In this document: positions 20,962-31,278 of the stretch, in pieces
How positions within the stretch are numbered: the stretch's first letter is position 1
How the letters are laid out: each line of letters opens with the position of its first letter
DNA from: an uncultured Actinomycetes bacterium
GTDB lineage: Bacteria > Actinomycetota > Acidimicrobiia > Acidimicrobiales > RAAP-2
Reading direction: 5' to 3'
DNA length: 64,000 bases
NCBI GenBank assembly: GCA_903860915.1
Contig: CAIOSJ010000008.1
Location: forward strand, 36,573-100,572
Made by a program: the position numbers and the translations under genes
The notes under the pieces: generated by a model
What the model saw: only the letters and a program-made list of their open reading frames with translations
The model's database searches: none
Told to the model about the DNA's origin: nothing

Positions 20962-21470
20962 GCGCTCGGAGTTTCCTCGGCGGAAAGATCGCTGACGGCA
21001 TCGTCGGCGGAAAGATCGCTGACGGCATCGTCGGCCTGAGTGACTTTTGACTTCACTAGTCCGTGAGCCTCGTTCGCGATTGACCGCGCCTTGGCGGAAA
21101 CATTTCGGAGCGAGTGGGGCAACTTCTCCTCGTAGGGGGCGATGAGAAAATCCACGGCGGTCACGACGTTGTCGAAGCGCTCGCTGACCCGTTCAGCAAC
21201 GTTCCTCAGGGTGGCGACACCGTCGGTGGCTGACTTCTTGGCGTTACCGACGACCTGCTGAGTTCTTTCGTCGACCGTGTTCGCGAGGTCGCTGTCGGTG
21301 ACCTTATGGGTGGCGATGTTGATCTTCTGAACACTCATGACGCCGAGGCCGACAATGGTGTAGACCGCGTCCTTGGCGCGGTGGGCCACGGGGCTGGTTT
21401 CAGCGAAGCTACGAAGCTGGTCGGAGGCGTCACGGCCCAGGGTGGTGGCGAGAGTGGTGAAATCAGTCAT
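20958..21470 (-). CDS. Hypothetical amphipathic-helical protein (phasin/HBHA-like pattern)
   Basis: RBS AAGGAG; AKDAVYTIVGLGVMSVQK segment followed by Ala/Lys/Asp-rich helices; acidic repeated tail. Confidence 0.6.
   Translation of the reverse strand: MTDFTTLATTLGRDASDQLRSFAETSPVAHRAKDAVYTIVGLGVMSVQKINIATHKVTDSDLANTVDERTQQVVGNAKKSATDGVATLRNVAERVSERFDNVVTAVDFLIAPYEEKLPHSLRNVSAKARSIANEAHGLVKSKVTQADDAVSDLSADDAVSDLSAEETPSA
20977..21035. repeat. Perfect 27-bp tandem repeat (2 copies + 5 nt) encoding ADDAVSDLS x2
   Basis: tcggcggaaagatcgctgacggcatcg at 20977-21003 and 21004-21030, then tcggc. Confidence 0.92.
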
Positions 21471-21536
21471 GGGGTCTCCTTGATAGTGCTAACTGTAGTA
21501 TAGCAGACTGTTAACAATAGTTTGCGCTACCCACTA

Positions 21537-24500
21537 ATGACGGTGAAGCGAACTAACGTTAATGACCTGATGGACTCTCGAGCACCAGCGGTCGTTGCCG
21601 TAGTTATTACGACAGGCCCGGCGCCTGGCCTGGAGGCCACTTTGACCTCCCTGGTGGAGCAGGATTACGACGCGCTCAGTATTTTGGTTCTCGCGAATGA
21701 CGCCGGCGAGGACATTGCCGCGCGAGTCGCCGAACGAGCTCCGCAGGCCTTCGTGAAGGTTCTCGAGGAGAACCGAGGCTTCGCTGCGGCCTGCAACGAA
21801 GGCGCCCTGAGCGTCCAGGGTGCGGATTTCATGCTGTTTTGCCACGACGATATTCGAGCCGACCCTGCTCTCGTTACTGAATTGGTGGCGGCGGCGTACC
21901 GGACGAATGCGGGGATAGTCACTCCCAAGGTGGTCGATTATCTCGATCGCATGACCTTGCTACACGTGGGTCAAGTCGTTGACCGCTTCGGCGCGGTGAG
22001 CGAGCGGGTGGAACTGGGCGAAATTGATCACGGACAGCAGGACCTGGAGCGTGACGTCTTCGTGGCGCCGGGTGGGGCCACCCTCGTACGAGTCGACCTC
22101 TTCGAGACGCTACGGGGCTTTGACCCCTTGATTACTGGACTTGGCGAAGATTTAGACCTCTGCTGGCGTGCTCAGATCGCGGGAGCTCGGGTCGTGGTGG
22201 CTCCGGCGGCCGTTCTGGCCCATCGTCAAACCATTGCCTCGGATGAACGAGAAATCTCATCCCTCGGCACCAAGACCTCCTCGCGGCAGTCCCTTCAACG
22301 TCGGCACCAACTCGCGACAGTGATGACCTGCTGGTCTCGCCGTAGCCTCCTTGGTGTAGTGCCCGTTTTAATCCTTCTCGACGTGGTGGAGCTCATTATT
22401 GCCATCGTGGGCCGAGATGGCGACCGGGTCGCGGCCATCGTGGGCTCGTGGCGCTGGGTCTTTCGTCGACGCCGCAATATCCTGACTCGACGCAGTGAAG
22501 TACGCGCTCAGCGGGTTTTGTCAGATGACGAAATTCGTCGATTGCAAGTGGGCGGCGCTAGTCGCGCCCGGGTATTTCTGGCCGCCCTGTTTCAAGATGG
22601 CTACGACTCGGCGCGAGGGATTCTGGCCCCTGAAGTTCTACGTGAAATTGGTCCGGACGAGGGTGTGGGCTTCGGAGCCGCCTTCTCGGAAGAAGAATCC
22701 TTCGACGAAATTCCCAACTTTGACGGTATGGATTCGACCCGACTGCTGCGCATCCTCACCTCCTTTCGCTCCCAGGTCGTTGCGGCGTCGATTCTGGCCT
22801 TAGCGTGGTTTTTTGGTGTTCGTAACCTCATCGGTAACCACCTGCCCATTGTCGGAAGGCTGGCCCCGCTGGACTCCTGGTGGTCTACCTGGCGACACTT
22901 CTTTGCGTCGTGGTCACCTAATGGGGTGGGTACCGGCGCACCCGGCATGCCGGGCTACGGAGTTCTAGCCTTCTTCGGAACTTTTGTCTTCGGTCGCATG
23001 GGAGCGCTCCCGAGGGCCGCGCTGATTTTTGCGGTCCCACTCGGGGCCTGGGGCGTGTGGCAGTTACTGCGTGGGGTGGTCTCCAACCGTGCACGTCTGC
23101 TTGGGGCGGGTTCCTATCTCGCATTTCCGGTTGGTATCAATCTCATAAGCCGCGGGCGTATCGATGTTCTCGTGGTCGTGGCACTGCTGCCGTTCACCCT
23201 GCGTCACCTTTTGACTCTGCTCAACGTTCCGGGGTTCCGCCCCGCCCCCTACCCCCTACCGGTGCGTTTTGGCCGTCGGACGTGGTCGAGTACACGCTCG
23301 GGTCGCAGCGCACTGGTGATGATCCAAGTTGCGGCCATGACGGCCATGGCTCCGGCCACCCTCATCGTGATCATTCTCCTAGTGATCGGTCTCGTCGTCA
23401 GCACCCGACTGTTGGTGGATGAAGCGACGTCCCTCGATCGCCCGTGGCAGGAATTGGGCCGACTCGTGGTAGGGGTGGCCCTGCTCTTGCTGCCGATGAC
23501 CTGCGACACTTTTCTCGCGGGTCGTCGGGGACTCGAAGTATTTGGCTTAGCTCAGGCCCCCTGGTCGGGACTGGGTTTCGGTCACCTTCTCCGCGGAGCG
23601 AACGGCCCCTACGGAATGAGTTGGAGTGGCTGGATGCTGCCATGCGCGGCCCTGGCTTCGGTGGCGATTGCTCGTGGGACTCGACGTCGGCTGGCGACCT
23701 CTTTTCTCACCGTGATGTCGCTCACCCTCTTCGTCGCCACCCTCGTCGGGCGCCACTGGAGCGGTCGCTTCGCCCCCGACGTCGACGTTCTGCTCGTCCT
23801 GGTGGCGGTGAGTATCGCGGTCCTCGTGGCGGTGAGTGTGAACGCCATTGAGGTGGACTTGAGAGAAGTGAACTTTGGTTGGCACCAGTTACTGGCCGCC
23901 GTGGCCGTTCTTTTTCTCGTGGGATCCTTCGGAACTTTTCTCGGGCACTCCAGCAGCGGTCGTTTTGCGTTGCCCCTAACGGGTGCTCCGGAGGCCATGG
24001 GCTCGCTCGCTCCAGCGACGCTCGGGGGTTACAGAATCCTGTGGCTGGGTAACCCGGCGGTACTGCCGCTCGCCGGTTGGTCCATTGCTCCAGGTCTGGC
24101 CGGGGCGACATCGACCAACGGTGTGCCGAGCGGCTCGGAACTCTTTGCGCCTCCGGTCACCGGAGCTGCTGACGACCTACTCAATGCCGTGCATAGCGCG
24201 GTAGTCGGTGGCACGGTGCACTTAGGGCAGCTCCTCGCACCGAGTGGAGTTGCTTCCATTGTTGTCATGAATGCTGCCGCCCCAACGATTGAAGGTTTCC
24301 AGTCGTCCACGAGCACGCCGACGCCTTCGGCGCTTGTTACAAGCCTTGAGCGCCAGAGTGATCTCGCGCTCATCGCTCAGACTGGCGGCGTCTACGTTTT
24401 TCAGAATCTTCGTTTCCACGGGATTCTGGCGTCGCGCGCGGCGCCCGTCGGGGCTGGTGAGAGTACGTCGTCATCTGACAGCGTGGCGGACTGGCATCCA

Positions 24501-24830
24501 GTCCTCGACTTTGGCTATCGCAGCGGATCCCTACCCGGCGGAACTGTCGTGGCGGGAATGTCACCGGCCACCGCCTTCGCTCTGCACGTGAAGGGCGTCG
24601 CGGTGCCGCGCAGCGGTCGGCTGGGTTGGGCGGCGACCTACGAAACTTCGCCGGGAGTGGGTTCTTTGGTGCTGCATCAATTCCCGCTGAACGGACTGCT
24701 GGCGCTCGTCACCCTCGGGCTCTGGGTATCGTTCGCTTCAGGTTTTGGGACGATTGAGATGTACGAAATTGTGACCGGCGGCCGCCGCAAACGGGGTCGC
24801 CCCGCGACTAGTTCGGTGGCGGTCGAATGA
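21537..24830 (+). CDS. GT2 glycosyltransferase fused to a large multi-TM (GT-C/AftD-like) region
   Basis: ENRGFAAACN, FCHDD, PGGATLVR, GEDLDLCWR in the first ~300 aa; then many TM segments and a soluble domain; adjacent to DUF5719 as in other actinobacteria; start could be ATG 21570. Confidence 0.8.
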   Translation: MTVKRTNVNDLMDSRAPAVVAVVITTGPAPGLEATLTSLVEQDYDALSILVLANDAGEDIAARVAERAPQAFVKVLEENRGFAAACNEGALSVQGADFMLFCHDDIRADPALVTELVAAAYRTNAGIVTPKVVDYLDRMTLLHVGQVVDRFGAVSERVELGEIDHGQQDLERDVFVAPGGATLVRVDLFETLRGFDPLITGLGEDLDLCWRAQIAGARVVVAPAAVLAHRQTIASDEREISSLGTKTSSRQSLQRRHQLATVMTCWSRRSLLGVVPVLILLDVVELIIAIVGRDGDRVAAIVGSWRWVFRRRRNILTRRSEVRAQRVLSDDEIRRLQVGGASRARVFLAALFQDGYDSARGILAPEVLREIGPDEGVGFGAAFSEEESFDEIPNFDGMDSTRLLRILTSFRSQVVAASILALAWFFGVRNLIGNHLPIVGRLAPLDSWWSTWRHFFASWSPNGVGTGAPGMPGYGVLAFFGTFVFGRMGALPRAALIFAVPLGAWGVWQLLRGVVSNRARLLGAGSYLAFPVGINLISRGRIDVLVVVALLPFTLRHLLTLLNVPGFRPAPYPLPVRFGRRTWSSTRSGRSALVMIQVAAMTAMAPATLIVIILLVIGLVVSTRLLVDEATSLDRPWQELGRLVVGVALLLLPMTCDTFLAGRRGLEVFGLAQAPWSGLGFGHLLRGANGPYGMSWSGWMLPCAALASVAIARGTRRRLATSFLTVMSLTLFVATLVGRHWSGRFAPDVDVLLVLVAVSIAVLVAVSVNAIEVDLREVNFGWHQLLAAVAVLFLVGSFGTFLGHSSSGRFALPLTGAPEAMGSLAPATLGGYRILWLGNPAVLPLAGWSIAPGLAGATSTNGVPSGSELFAPPVTGAADDLLNAVHSAVVGGTVHLGQLLAPSGVASIVVMNAAAPTIEGFQSSTSTPTPSALVTSLERQSDLALIAQTGGVYVFQNLRFHGILASRAAPVGAGESTSSSDSVADWHPVLDFGYRSGSLPGGTVVAGMSPATAFALHVKGVAVPRSGRLGWAATYETSPGVGSLVLHQFPLNGLLALVTLGLWVSFASGFGTIEMYEIVTGGRRKRGRPATSSVAVE

Positions 24831-26185
24831 AACTCGTGGGAGTGCATCGTCGGCTCGAGTGGGTGCTCCTGGTCATTTTTCTGCTCGGTGCCGTCATCAG
24901 CTACGCCGGACACGGTAGCAATGCGACTGGTGTGCCAGTTGGCCTGGACGTCTCCTCGAGCGCGGAATCCACTGCCATCTACTGCACGGGCTTATCGAGC
25001 GGCCAGTTCGGCTGGCCGGGAGAAATTCAGATTGCCAATACCTCGGGTGCGACTCGCCACATCACAATCCTGGTGACGACGGTTTCTGGCACAGTCGAAC
25101 AGCAAACGCAGGTCCTGAGCGCGCACGCGCTGCTGCTTTTTTCACCGACTAACGGTCCGAGTTTGCTCCCCACGTGGTCGGCGCAGATAACGGTGGATGG
25201 TTCCGGTGTCGTGGCGCAGGAAATAGAGTCAGCGCAGCCGGCAGTGAGCAGCCCGTGCGTGAATGCACCTAGCGCAAACTGGTACGCGACGGGCTTCAGC
25301 ACGCTTTCTCACAACACGGCGTACCTCTCGCTCTACAACCCCACCGGCACCCCCGCAGTCGTGAATATTCAAGCGTGGACGTCGGCGGGATTGGTTGCCA
25401 CCGCACCCTTCGAAGGCGTCGTCATCGCCCCTCAATCGATGCAGGTCTTCAATCTGGGATCCCAGATCATTGACGCCAGCGCCGTAGTTCTTCGGGTGCA
25501 AGCGCTACGAGGACTCGTCGTGGCCACGGGAACGCAAATCACCGGGACGGTCGCGCCGACCTATTCGCTCATCGCCGGCACCACTGCCCTCGTGACGAGC
25601 GCCCTGGTGCCCCAGGTCGCCACGCGGGACGGCGCAGTGGCTCAACTCGTGGTCGGCAACCCCCTCACGGTCACCGCCCACGTCACCATCGCCGTTGAGC
25701 TTGGAAAGTACTCGATTGCCCCCTTCGTCATCGACGTGGCCGCGGGTTCGGTGTACGTGCTGAACGTCGTGCCCGACTCTCGCGTACCCGCGTCGGACTA
25801 CGCGACCCTCGATATTCGCTCCAGCCAGCCAGCGTCACTCTCGCTCGTGTCCGGTTCTCCTAGTGCGGCCTGGATCCGGTCCCTCGATACACCCACCAAA
25901 ACGCTGGTCCTCGTCGACGGACTGGGTCATGGTTACGACGGGTCGGCAGTTCTCAGTAACGCCACCGCGTCGCCAGCCCAGGTTCATTTTCGCGTGGTGT
26001 CGCCTCACGGCGTGCAACACGGGGAGTTTGTGGTTGCGCCCCATGCGCTGCGCAGAGTGCCGGTAGCACCCGTTGACGGGATGATAGTTCTGAGTTCCAG
26101 TATTCCACTGAGCGTGACGGCAACGAGTCGAACAACGACCGTACCGGTCGGCTCAATTCAGTTCGGCGCAGTACCGGCTAGTTAG
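24827..26185 (+). CDS. DUF5719-like exported beta-rich protein
   Basis: N-terminal TM; Cys pair (YCTG...SPCVNAPSANWY); LSLYNP..TPAVV and VGNP repeats; ATGA-coupled to GT2. Confidence 0.7.
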   Translation: MKLVGVHRRLEWVLLVIFLLGAVISYAGHGSNATGVPVGLDVSSSAESTAIYCTGLSSGQFGWPGEIQIANTSGATRHITILVTTVSGTVEQQTQVLSAHALLLFSPTNGPSLLPTWSAQITVDGSGVVAQEIESAQPAVSSPCVNAPSANWYATGFSTLSHNTAYLSLYNPTGTPAVVNIQAWTSAGLVATAPFEGVVIAPQSMQVFNLGSQIIDASAVVLRVQALRGLVVATGTQITGTVAPTYSLIAGTTALVTSALVPQVATRDGAVAQLVVGNPLTVTAHVTIAVELGKYSIAPFVIDVAAGSVYVLNVVPDSRVPASDYATLDIRSSQPASLSLVSGSPSAAWIRSLDTPTKTLVLVDGLGHGYDGSAVLSNATASPAQVHFRVVSPHGVQHGEFVVAPHALRRVPVAPVDGMIVLSSSIPLSVTATSRTTTVPVGSIQFGAVPAS

Positions 26186-28136
26186 AGTCGCTGGGGGCTT
26201 CGGACACTGGGGGCGCTGGTGTACTGAGCGTACTGACCGTCTTGGTTCCTGGAGCGTGGACGGCTTCGCCGAAGGCTTCATCAATGAGCCGAGCTGCCGT
26301 TTCCCCGTCGAGCGTTTCGTGCTCGCAGAGAGCCTCGGCCAGCGCGGTGAGTCCTCGTCGGTGGGTGGTCAGCACTTCAATTGCTCGGGCTTCCTGCTCG
26401 CGCAAAATCCGACCAACTTCCGCGTCGATAATTTTGGCCGTCCGTTCCGAGTAATCCCTCGTATGCATGAGGTCTTCCCCTAAAAAGACTTGGTTGTTAG
26501 AACCCCAGGCCATGGGTCCAATGACCTTGGACATGCCCCACTCGCGAACCATGCGTCGCGCTAATTCAGTGTTGCGTTGTAGGTCGTCGGACGCTCCCGT
26601 GGAGAGGTCGCCGTACACCAGTAGTTCGGCCACACGACCGCCCATACGCATGCAGAGGGAATCTTCGAGGTGGTCACGCGACATGATGTGGCGATCTTCC
26701 TCCGGCAGAGTCATGGTGACCCCGAGCGCCATCCCGCGGGGAATGATGGTTATTTTGTGCAAGGGGTCAGACTTTTCTAAGACGTAGGCCAGGAGGGCGT
26801 GCCCGCTCTCGTGGTACGCAATGCGATTGCGCTCATCGTCCCGCAGCACCATAGTGTCGCGCTCTTGGCCCATGAGCACGCGGTCGCGCGCCGACTCGAA
26901 GTCGATCATGGCGATAACGGACTGGTTTCGACGCACGGCGTGCAGGGCGGCTTCGTTCACCAGATTGGCCAAGTCGGCGCCACTCATGCCCGGGGTGCCA
27001 CGAGCCACCATGGGCAGCGACACGTCCGGGCCTAAGGGCTTGTTCTTGGAGTGGACTTCCAAGATGGGAAGTCGCTCGTCGAGGTCGGGGAGCGGGACAA
27101 CGATCTGTCGGTCGAAGCGGCCGGGTCGCAGGAGTGCGGCGTCCAATACGTCGGGGCGGTTGGTGGCGGCGATCATGACGACACCCTCGGCGGAGTCGAA
27201 GCCGTCCATCTCTGAGAGCATTTGGTTCAAAGTCTGCTCTCGTTCGTCGTGCCCACCGCCGACGCCCGCGCCACGCTTACGGCCAATGGAGTCGATCTCG
27301 TCCACGAAGACAATTGCGGGCGCCTGCTTGCGAGCGGTCGCGAAGAGATCGCGCACCCGGCTCGCACCAACGCCGACGAACATCTCCATGAAATCAGATC
27401 CCGATACGGAAAAGAAGGGAACGCCGGCTTCGCCAGCGACGGCCCGAGCCAGCATGGTCTTTCCGGTTCCGGGGGGGCCAACGAGCAAGATGCCCTTGGG
27501 GATGGTCGCCCCAATCTCGCTGTAGCGCGACGGGTTCTTTAGGAATTCGACGACTTCTGATATTTCCTGCTTGACGCCCAGGTACCCGGCCACGTCGGCG
27601 AAGGTCGTCGTGGGTCGGTCTTCGTTGAACTGCTTGGCCTTGGAACGGGTGATGGACATCATGCCGTTCATTTGGCTGCGAGCTTGGCGGCTGGCGAAGA
27701 ACATGAAACCGCCAAAAATGAGGATCCATATGAGGTAGGGAGCCCAGGTCGAGGCGAATCCCGAGGGGTTGGAGAACTTGACGTCAATGTTGTCTTGTTT
27801 GCGCAGGGTTTGGACGTCGCTGGCGATCACGGGGTTGGGTCCGGTGACCGTGTACTTAGCCCCGCTTTCGAGCTGACCGCTGATGTTGCCGGTGGCGTTG
27901 TCGACGGTGACGGTGCGGACGCCTTGACTCGAGGCCTGCTGTAAAAATGAGCTGTAGGAAATCGTGACGGCGTTGTTCGTCTTAGTCAACGAGGGCAGGA
28001 TGAACAGGGCGAGGCCGAGACCGATGAGCGCCGAGGTCAGAAGTCGCCGACGAAGGTCGGGCTTCGATGGCGTAGCGCCGCTCTTGGGTGTCGACTTTTT
28101 CTTCCAGCGCTGTGGGGTGTCATTCTTTTTGGTCAT
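26178..28136 (-). CDS. ftsH: ATP-dependent zinc metalloprotease FtsH
   Basis: Two TMs; [47 protein letters not shown] zinc site. Confidence 0.97.
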   Translation of the reverse strand: MTKKNDTPQRWKKKSTPKSGATPSKPDLRRRLLTSALIGLGLALFILPSLTKTNNAVTISYSSFLQQASSQGVRTVTVDNATGNISGQLESGAKYTVTGPNPVIASDVQTLRKQDNIDVKFSNPSGFASTWAPYLIWILIFGGFMFFASRQARSQMNGMMSITRSKAKQFNEDRPTTTFADVAGYLGVKQEISEVVEFLKNPSRYSEIGATIPKGILLVGPPGTGKTMLARAVAGEAGVPFFSVSGSDFMEMFVGVGASRVRDLFATARKQAPAIVFVDEIDSIGRKRGAGVGGGHDEREQTLNQMLSEMDGFDSAEGVVMIAATNRPDVLDAALLRPGRFDRQIVVPLPDLDERLPILEVHSKNKPLGPDVSLPMVARGTPGMSGADLANLVNEAALHAVRRNQSVIAMIDFESARDRVLMGQERDTMVLRDDERNRIAYHESGHALLAYVLEKSDPLHKITIIPRGMALGVTMTLPEEDRHIMSRDHLEDSLCMRMGGRVAELLVYGDLSTGASDDLQRNTELARRMVREWGMSKVIGPMAWGSNNQVFLGEDLMHTRDYSERTAKIIDAEVGRILREQEARAIEVLTTHRRGLTALAEALCEHETLDGETAARLIDEAFGEAVHAPGTKTVSTLSTPAPPVSEAPSDSN

Positions 28137-28203
28137 TGGCTCTCATGTTACGACGCGCGGGTGGTCGATAAATCCGCGTAACTGTGGAGAGGACGGGTTT
28201 TGT

Positions 28204-28209
28204 TAGCCT
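28204..28209 (+). promoter_or_regulatory. Putative -10 box (TAGCCT) of a leaderless transcript
   Basis: TANNNT 7 nt before in-frame GTG 28217. Confidence 0.4.
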
Positions 28210-28216
28210 TCGCAGA

Positions 28217-28978
28217 GTGACGAGTGATTTGGTTGTGGATAACTCCCCGTGGCAATTGCCCGCTCGGCAGGGTGCGTTCGTGCTGGCCGCCGCCGTGGGG
28301 GGCTTTATTGGTGGCCAATTTCTAGCGCTGGTCCTCGTGGCGACGGTCCGGGTGCTCAGTGGAACTCCCGAATCGCTCAGGAGCCTCGAACAGGGGACTT
28401 CGCTGAAGTGGTGGGTGACGGCGTCGGGATTACTTGGTATTTGGGGTGGTTTGTTGGCAGCCGTGGGACTGTCGCGTCGGAAATATCCGCTCCTACCCTC
28501 CCGCTTGGGCGGTTTTCGTCGCGGCGATCTCCGCTTCGCACTCCTGGGCGCTGGGCTCCAAGTCGCCGTTATTCTGGCCTACGCCCCCTTTCACGTGCGC
28601 GGTCTCGACGGGCCCGTCCAGAAGATTTTCGGCCAGACCTCGGCGTTGGAAATGGTAATACTATGCCTGATGACGGCTCTCGGAGCGCCGCTCGTTGAAG
28701 AAATTTTCTTTCGTGGAATGCTGCTGCCGGCGCTTCTGGCGACTCGCCCCGCAATCTGGAGACCGGGTCGGACCTACCTGCCAGTGGCGATTGTGTTGAA
28801 CGGTATTTTGTTCGGGGCGGCGCACGGGGAACTTTTACAGTTGCCGGCCATTGCGTTGACTGGCATGGTCTTTGCCTACCTGTACGTGCGCACTCAACGA
28901 CTTATCCCGTGCATCATTGCCCACGCCTCATTTAACTCGGTGTCAGTGGCGATACTAATTGTTCATCGGATTCACTGA
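28217..28978 (+). CDS. CPBP (Abi/CAAX protease-like) intramembrane glutamic endopeptidase
   Basis: APLVEEIFFRG, LFGAAHG, CIIAHASFN; multiple TMs. Confidence 0.9.
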   Translation: MTSDLVVDNSPWQLPARQGAFVLAAAVGGFIGGQFLALVLVATVRVLSGTPESLRSLEQGTSLKWWVTASGLLGIWGGLLAAVGLSRRKYPLLPSRLGGFRRGDLRFALLGAGLQVAVILAYAPFHVRGLDGPVQKIFGQTSALEMVILCLMTALGAPLVEEIFFRGMLLPALLATRPAIWRPGRTYLPVAIVLNGILFGAAHGELLQLPAIALTGMVFAYLYVRTQRLIPCIIAHASFNSVSVAILIVHRIH

Positions 28979-31278
28979 TGAAGATGCCGCGCTGGACCCC
29001 CCAATCTTGGGCGAATTTCTTCGCCGTGGCGGCCGTGGTCTACGTAGTGCTGTGGTCGGTGCACCCAAATTTGCTCTTCTCCGGCTCGACGGTTACCGGT
29101 GGTGATACCGGCGCCCACGTGGCTACGGCCCGCTTCCTACGTGATCATTTGAGCACCGGTCTTACAAGTTGGTATCCGGGCTGGTTCGCCGGTACTCCGC
29201 TCTATACCTATTACTTTGTTCTACCTGACCTTCTGGCTGCGGTCGCGAGCTACGTCACTGGTTTCGCGGTTGCTTTCAAGGTGGCGACCATCTTGGGCTC
29301 GGTGCTCATGCCCCTATGCGCCTTCGTGATGGCGCGACTCTTTCGCGCCCGTGATCCCATACCCGCGATGTGCGCGCTCGCAACACTGCCCTTTCTTTTC
29401 GACAGCTCATTTACTATTGATGGCGGAAATCTCTTCTCCACCCTCGCCGGAGAGTACGCGTTCTCACTTTCGTTGGCCTTGAGCCTGCTCGTGATTGGCC
29501 TCGTGGCGAGGGGTCTGCGAACAGGTTGTGGAGTCTGGCTGAGTGGTGTCGCCCTCGCGCTCACCCTCTCTTCGCACGTTTTGCCGATGATGTTCGCCCT
29601 CGTCATGCTGCTGCTGCTCTGGTTTATGGAAGTGCTGAACGCCACCGGGTCCACGGACGCGACGGCCCCCGCGCGACGGCGCGGCGATATTCGACGGGCT
29701 AGCTCGTTTCTGTTGCGCGCCAGTGCCCTGGGCGCGGGATTATCGGCTTGGTGGTGGTTGCCCTTTGTTACTAGTCAGACAATGACCAACCCCATGGGCT
29801 ACAACAATGTTCCCGTGGGTACGATGCACGAAGTCTTTACCGCCCTCGGATGGTTTAACGCTTCGGGTGGTGCCGGCGGCGACCGCTGGGTCATCCTACT
29901 GACCGGGGTGGCACTTCTCGCTTCGATTTTCTGGCGAGATCGGCTGGGCATCTTGCTCACTATGGGGGCGGTGTGCTCGCTGGTCATCTTCGTCATCGAC
30001 CCCCAGGGTGAAATTTTCAACGAGCGACTCGTACCGTTCTGGTATCTCACCACGCACCTCGCCGTCGGTTGGTTGGTCGGCGCAATCGTTCTTAGAATTC
30101 CTCGACGACTCGTGCCGGACGATAAGGCGCCGGTTGAGCCATTGCTCGAGTACCGAGAAGGTCGGCGCATCGTGCGGTCGATATACCTGGGCATTATTTT
30201 CTTCGTCGGGGTAGTAGTAGCTCCGCAGCTCGGCCCCATCGCAACGGCTCTACACCTCCACCCGGGTGCCAACGAAGTGACGGGGTGGTCTCAGTGGAAC
30301 TATTCGGGATACGAGGCCAAGACCGCTTGGCCCGAGTACCACCAGATCATGATCGAAATGTCGCGAGTGGGCCAGAGCCACGGCTGCGGCCGAGCCATGT
30401 GGGAGTACTCCTCGGACCAGAGCAGGTTCGGTACACCCATGGGGCTCATGCTGTTGCCCTACTGGACGAACAACTGTATTGATTCGATGGAGGGTCTTCT
30501 CTTTGAATCCTCGGCGACGACGCCGTACCACTTTTTAGATCAGGCGGAATTGAGCGCTAGCCCCAGCAATCCTCAGACGGGTCTGCCCTACGGAAACTTT
30601 GACGACGCTCTCGGTATCCAGCATCTTCAGATGTTGGGGGTGAAGTACTACCTGGCCTTTTCTTCCGAAGCGGTGAGTGCGGCTAAGGCGAACAAATCAC
30701 TTCGTGACATTACGCCACCTCGGCCCACGACGAGCCCCGCTTCAGCGTGGCGAATTTACGAAATATTGTCGTCGCCACTGGTCGAAGGGGTTCGGCTCAG
30801 TCCGCTGGTGAATCCCCACCTGGCTAGTCGCAGTGCCTGGCTCGCAGCCAACACGCAGTGGTGGCTGCGTAACTCGAATCAGGACCAGATGCTGGCCAGC
30901 AGTGGACCGGCGGAGTGGCCTCGTGTGGGTCAGATTGCCAGAAGCTATCCGAGGGTTACGGTGTCGAACGTCACGACGTCGGAGTCGAAAATTAGTTTTT
31001 CGGTCGACAAGATTGGCGTTCCCATACTCGTTAAGGTCTCGTACTTTCCCCGCTGGAACGCCTCGGGGGCCAGCGGTCCCTGGCGAGTCTCGCCCAACCT
31101 CATGGTCGTAGTGCCACAGACGCGCCACGTCTCCTTGACGTACGGCACGACCACGGCGATGTACCTAGGACAGGGTCTCACCCTGCTCACGATTCTTCTC
31201 GGACTGCGCAACGCCTACCTGAGGCGTCGCTGGCGACGACCCCGTGATTTTTACAGTGTGAGTTCTGAGCGAATTTGA
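28978..31278 (+). CDS. Multi-TM membrane protein, 6-pyruvoyl-tetrahydropterin synthase-related/YfhO-like (probable GT-C fold)
   Basis: TGGDTGAHV, WYPGWFAGTPLYTYY in the first outer loop; about 12 TMs; C-terminal soluble domain (KVSYFPRW) and final TM. Confidence 0.72.
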   Translation: MKMPRWTPQSWANFFAVAAVVYVVLWSVHPNLLFSGSTVTGGDTGAHVATARFLRDHLSTGLTSWYPGWFAGTPLYTYYFVLPDLLAAVASYVTGFAVAFKVATILGSVLMPLCAFVMARLFRARDPIPAMCALATLPFLFDSSFTIDGGNLFSTLAGEYAFSLSLALSLLVIGLVARGLRTGCGVWLSGVALALTLSSHVLPMMFALVMLLLLWFMEVLNATGSTDATAPARRRGDIRRASSFLLRASALGAGLSAWWWLPFVTSQTMTNPMGYNNVPVGTMHEVFTALGWFNASGGAGGDRWVILLTGVALLASIFWRDRLGILLTMGAVCSLVIFVIDPQGEIFNERLVPFWYLTTHLAVGWLVGAIVLRIPRRLVPDDKAPVEPLLEYREGRRIVRSIYLGIIFFVGVVVAPQLGPIATALHLHPGANEVTGWSQWNYSGYEAKTAWPEYHQIMIEMSRVGQSHGCGRAMWEYSSDQSRFGTPMGLMLLPYWTNNCIDSMEGLLFESSATTPYHFLDQAELSASPSNPQTGLPYGNFDDALGIQHLQMLGVKYYLAFSSEAVSAAKANKSLRDITPPRPTTSPASAWRIYEILSSPLVEGVRLSPLVNPHLASRSAWLAANTQWWLRNSNQDQMLASSGPAEWPRVGQIARSYPRVTVSNVTTSESKISFSVDKIGVPILVKVSYFPRWNASGASGPWRVSPNLMVVVPQTRHVSLTYGTTTAMYLGQGLTLLTILLGLRNAYLRRRWRRPRDFYSVSSERI

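Noticed and set aside
28978-31278. Pterin biosynthesis role implied by the family name
   Set aside because: No T-fold or zinc-His motifs of PTPS/QueD; the sequence is a polytopic membrane protein
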